Below the pieces are notes generated by a model that ran no database searches, had not been told where the DNA came from, and was given only the letters and a program-made list of their open reading frames with translations. A stretch of 64,000 nucleotides of DNA. Origin: Eledone cirrhosa. Lineage: Eukaryota. A program made the position numbers and the translations under genes. This document shows, piece by piece, positions 59,521 to 64,000 of the stretch. The stretch lies in the NCBI GenBank assembly GCA_964016885.1, contig OZ024742.1:296546001-296610000 (forward strand). Direction: 5' to 3'. Each line of letters begins with the position of its first letter. Within the stretch, counting starts at the first letter, position 1.

Positions 59521-59595
<75 letters not shown>

Positions 59596-59619
59596 ATATA
59601 TGTACGGAGGAGGATGTGG

Positions 59620-59645
<26 letters not shown>

Positions 59646-59650
<5 letters not shown>

Positions 59651-61330
59651 GGAGGAGGATGTGGTATACGCCATAGATGAAATTAGAACAGACTCAGCTG
59701 CTGGACCTGATGGATTCCCAGCAGTCCTCTTAAAAACATGTAAGTGGGCCTTAGCAACTCCACAGAAGACACTCTTCAGAAGCTCCTTGGCTAGCGGTAT
59801 ACTACCCAGGGAGCTGAAAGAAGGCACAATATGCCCTATCCATAATGGAGGTAGCAGAGCGGAGGCCAAAAACTATAGGCCAATCTCCCTGATATCACAT
59901 ATCAGTAAGGTCATGGAGCGAATCATCAGAAAGAAACTGATCACTTTCCTCGAGGAAAATGACCGCCTGACTAGCACGCAGCATGGCTTTCACCCAGGAA
60001 GAAGCTGCCTTACACAGCTGCTACATCACTATGACTGGGTACTGAAACAACTGCTAGACAGCTCACATGTAGACATGATATATCTTGACTTTGCGAATGC
60101 CTTTGACAGGGTCAACCACAGAATGATATGTCACAAACTACACGGACTCAGCATAACTGGAAAAGTAGATGAGTGGCTGCATGACTTCTTAAAGGACAGA
60201 AGCCAGACAGTCGCAGCAAGCGAGGCCCTCTCAAAGGAAACATCAATAACAAGTCGGATGCCCCAAGGCACAGTCCTGGGACCACTACTGTTTTTTGTGG
60301 CTCTCTCAGACATGCCCTCTGTAGTACATACAACAACACCCCTCACTAGCTATGGTGATGACACTAAGGTAGCAAAGGCAATCAAAAACCCGGCTGATGC
60401 TGCCCTTTTACAACAAGATCTGGATGCCATATACAAATGGGCAGAAGTCAACAACATGCAGTTTAATGCTGGCAAATTCCAAGCCCTACAATACAAACCT
60501 GCAAACACAAATACAGAACAACACAGTTACACAGGACCAGGAGGGACCGATATCCCCGTGTCAAAATCAATACGAGACCTGGGTATAAACATGAACGATG
60601 ATGCATCTTTTTCCTCACACATCATGAAAGTGGCGACAATGTGCAGACGACTTGCTGGCTGGATCTTTAGGACTTTCCGGACAAGAGACTGAGACACCAT
60701 GTTGACACTATGGAGGACATTTGTCCTAAGCCACCTGGACTATTGCTCCCAGTTGTGGTCATCCCATAGTGTCAAACTAACCACGGAGCTTGAGGCAATC
60801 CAGCGAAGCTACACCAAGAGGATTGCGACGATGAAGAGGATAAGCTACTGGGAGAGGCTACAAGAACTGAACCTCTACTACTTGGAATGAAGATGGGAGA
60901 GATACGCAGTGATCTATGTGTGGAAAATCCTGGAGGGACTAGCACCAAACATTGGCATTGGGAGCTGGACCAATCGTCGAACAGGACGTCACTGTGTGGT
61001 GCCAAAGGTCCCGTCTTCCACATCTAGAATAAGGAGCAGATATTGAAATAGCCTGGGATTCAAGGGCCCTCAACTCTTCAACAAGCTGACGAGGGATCTG
61101 AGAGATCTGCATGGTGTGGAGGTGGATGTCTTCAAGAAACATCTTGACACCTTGCTATGCAGGATCCCGGATGAGCCCACAGCAAGGCACGAAGGAAACC
61201 TAAGGGCAGCAGCAACAAACTCCCTCTTACACCAGTGGCCAACCAATACAGGCTGGAGATAAAATGTGTAGCAACAAAGGCGGTGCCCTAGCATGGCCTC
61301 AGCCGGATGTCTGGAACAGGTAAAAGGGTA
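59646..61330 (+). mobile_element. CR1/L2-group LINE, 5'-truncated RT region
   Basis: AAGPDG, NYRPISL, QHGF, YLDFANAFDRV, PQGTVLGPLLF, YGDDTK, HLDYCSQLW; (TA)n on both sides. Confidence 0.92.
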
Positions 61331-61375
61331 ATATATGTATATATATATATGTATTTATATGTATATATGTATATA

Positions 61376-61595
61376 GAGGTAGAACACTGGAATGTAATAT
61401 CTGTAGTGGTAGAACATTCTGTCCATGGGACGAGTTAGATAGAAGTGGTTACACAACAGTTAGTTCACCATACCGAGAACAATTGTTTCACATTAGCAGA
61501 TCCTCAGCTTGTAATCCGTTTATGAGCTGAGGATCTGCTAAGGTGAAACAATTGTTGTCGGTATGGTGAACTAACTGTTGTGTAACCACTTCTAT
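61376..61595 (-). mobile_element. fold-back PLE terminal-repeat element with hammerhead motifs
   Basis: arms 61439-61509 and 61525-61595; CTGAGGA-tctgctaaggt-GAAAC-aatt-GTT at 61527-61556; unpaired tail 61376-61438. Confidence 0.75.
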
Positions 61596-61597
61596 AT

Positions 61598-61599
<2 letters not shown>

Positions 61600-61671
<72 letters not shown>

Positions 61672-62347
61672 GCTATATGTATATATATGCATATGTATGG
61701 ATATATATATATTATGTATATATATATATGTATATGTATGTATATATATATGTATGTGTATATATATGTATATATGTATATGCATATATATATATGTATA
61801 TGTATATATATATGTGTATGTATGTATATATATGTGTATGTATGTATATATATGTATATGTGTATATATAAGTATATATGTATATGTATATATATATATG
61901 TATATGTATATACATGTATATATATGTATATCTGTATATATGTATGTATATGTATGCATATGTATATGCATATATATGTATATGCATATGTATATATATG
62001 TATGCATATATATATATTATGTATATATATATATGTATATGTATGTATATATATGTATATGTGTATATATAAGTATATATGTATATGTATATATATATAT
62101 ATGTATATGTATATATATATGTGTATGTATGTATATATATGTGTATGTATGTATATATATGTATATGTATATACATGTATATATCTGTATATCTGTATAT
62201 ATGTATGTATATGTATGCATATGTATATGCATATATATGTATATGCATATGTATATATATGTATATCTATATATATGTGTGTATATGTATATATGTATAT
62301 GCATATGTATGCATATGTATATGCATATGTATATGTATATATATGTG

Positions 62348-62446
<99 letters not shown>

Positions 62447-62465
62447 ATATACATACATACATACA
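61600..62465. repeat. compound (TA)n/(TATG)n/(TG)n microsatellite
   Basis: directly visible; source of the YIYI/ICIC pseudo-ORFs. Confidence 0.95.
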
Positions 62466-62698
62466 ATGATCTCCAATGCAGATTTTCCATGCTGGCAATA
62501 TTTTACAGCTGGATGCCCTTCATGGTGCCAACCATCTTAGTTACTTCTTATGACACACAAGGATATGGTGTACTATTCTAAATTGGATACACACAGACAT
62601 TCCAAATTAAAAAAATATTACAATAAAATTCATTAGAGTGTAAAAATGATTTTTGAAAAGGTTATTTTTTCTTATCTAAAGACTAGAAGAAATAATAA

Positions 62699-62840
<142 letters not shown>

Positions 62841-63408
62841 TTTTTTTTGTTTGGAAGTTGATATAGAATTTGGTGATAATCCATTCCATGGAACACCATT
62901 CTTCAAATAGCTCTCCAGAGTACAAACATTACAGAATGAAAGGTGCCAGATCAAAGAGATCAAAGCCTGATATATTGAAATCTAATGATAATCTCTGTTG
63001 GTTATTCAGGGTTGTAGTAAACAAAATTGCTTTTGTGAATCCTACGAATACATTATATTGTTGCCAGGAAAGCTGAAAAATAGTTTTTAAATATATACTG
63101 TGATAAAAATAACATATCATTATAACACTTCAGTAATTCAGTTAAATTTATCCAAGTGATATATATTATACCTATTTGGCAATATACATATGTGTCTGTA
63201 TGTCTGTGTGTGTCTGTGTGTGTGTGTATGAGTGTGTAATGTATTTGGAGTATCAGTTGTTTAGTCACAAATCAATCTTGGTTGGGTAGACATATAATTA
63301 ATTCTTTTTTTTTTTCTTATTATAAATTTATCCTTATTTTAGACAGTAAGGCTGAATGATATGAGGGAGGTTTGTAGCTATTTCTACTGATTGAAAGACC
63401 ACCATGAA

Positions 63409-63691
63409 CAGGGTTGAATTTAGACCTTGGGAAGCCACTCATACACAAAAGTTAGAATACACAGCAAAACCCCAATTTTACATATCAATGTTAGCTTGAG
63501 GCAAGTAATTGGAATTGAAAAGTTATACATACAGGTATTAAATTCAAAACTTCTAACCATCCCTAAACTAAAATGCCAAGCTGAGGGCACAAATACATTG
63601 CTACAGCCATTGCTGGTGCAGCCCATGACTGCATGGGGCCTGGGGCAATTGCTCTCTTTGCCCCCCCCCCCCCCCATTAAATCTGGCCCAG
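63409..63691 (-). mobile_element. hAT-type MITE
   Basis: same family as 3316 and 30445; TSD-like accatgaa/atcaagaa. Confidence 0.8.
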
Positions 63692-63740
63692 ATCAAGAAG
63701 CTTCCTACCATGGCTTGACATGTAATCAGTTTATTTACTT

Positions 63741-64000
63741 CATGGTACTGGATTTAATGGGGTGCAAAAAGAGGCAATTGCCCTGGGCACCATGCAGAGG
63801 AGGTGGTACCAGCAACGGTCGTAGCAATTTATTTGTGCCTTCAGCTGGGCTTTTTAATTTTAGGATGGTTAGAATTTTTGAATTTAATACCTGTATGTAT
63901 AACTTTTCAATTCCAATTACTTGCAGCAAGCTAACTTTGTTAAATAAAATTGGGGGTTTGCTGTGTACTCTAATTTTTTGTGTATGAGAACACCCACCCA
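63741..64000 (+). mobile_element. hAT-type MITE, runs off window end
   Basis: ctggatttaatgggg start, inverted relative to 63409-63691. Confidence 0.8.

Noticed and set aside
62850-63075. Possible host exon on the minus strand (tttttcag acceptor at ~63072)
   Set aside because: No recognisable protein motif and no supported partner exon; cannot be excluded without RNA-seq

Overview
AT-rich eukaryotic DNA, almost entirely repeats, with no host protein-coding gene that I can support. The repeat families and dense (TA)n/(GAT)n microsatellites suggest an octopod cephalopod, inferred from recalled repeat sequences and not verified. Recognisable elements: three Penelope-like retroelement (PLE) RT/GIY-YIG remnants; a decayed autonomous Helitron plus two non-autonomous ones; RTE, CR1/L2-type, Tx1/L1-type and R4/Dong-type LINE remnants; tRNA-derived SINEs; and piggyBac-type (TTAA) and hAT-type (8-bp TSD) MITEs. 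The most striking unexplained structure is a set of about 10 fold-back (palindromic) insertions, 0.1-4 kb long, sitting in (TA)n tracts and belonging to several sequence-unrelated PLE families. Most carry a type I hammerhead-ribozyme motif or a remnant of one. Most also carry an unpaired 3' tail that begins with the same covarying bulged hairpin (RCTC-stem-TW-GAGY), located a few nt past the point where the inverted arm ends. All coordinates were read by eye and may be off by a few bases.
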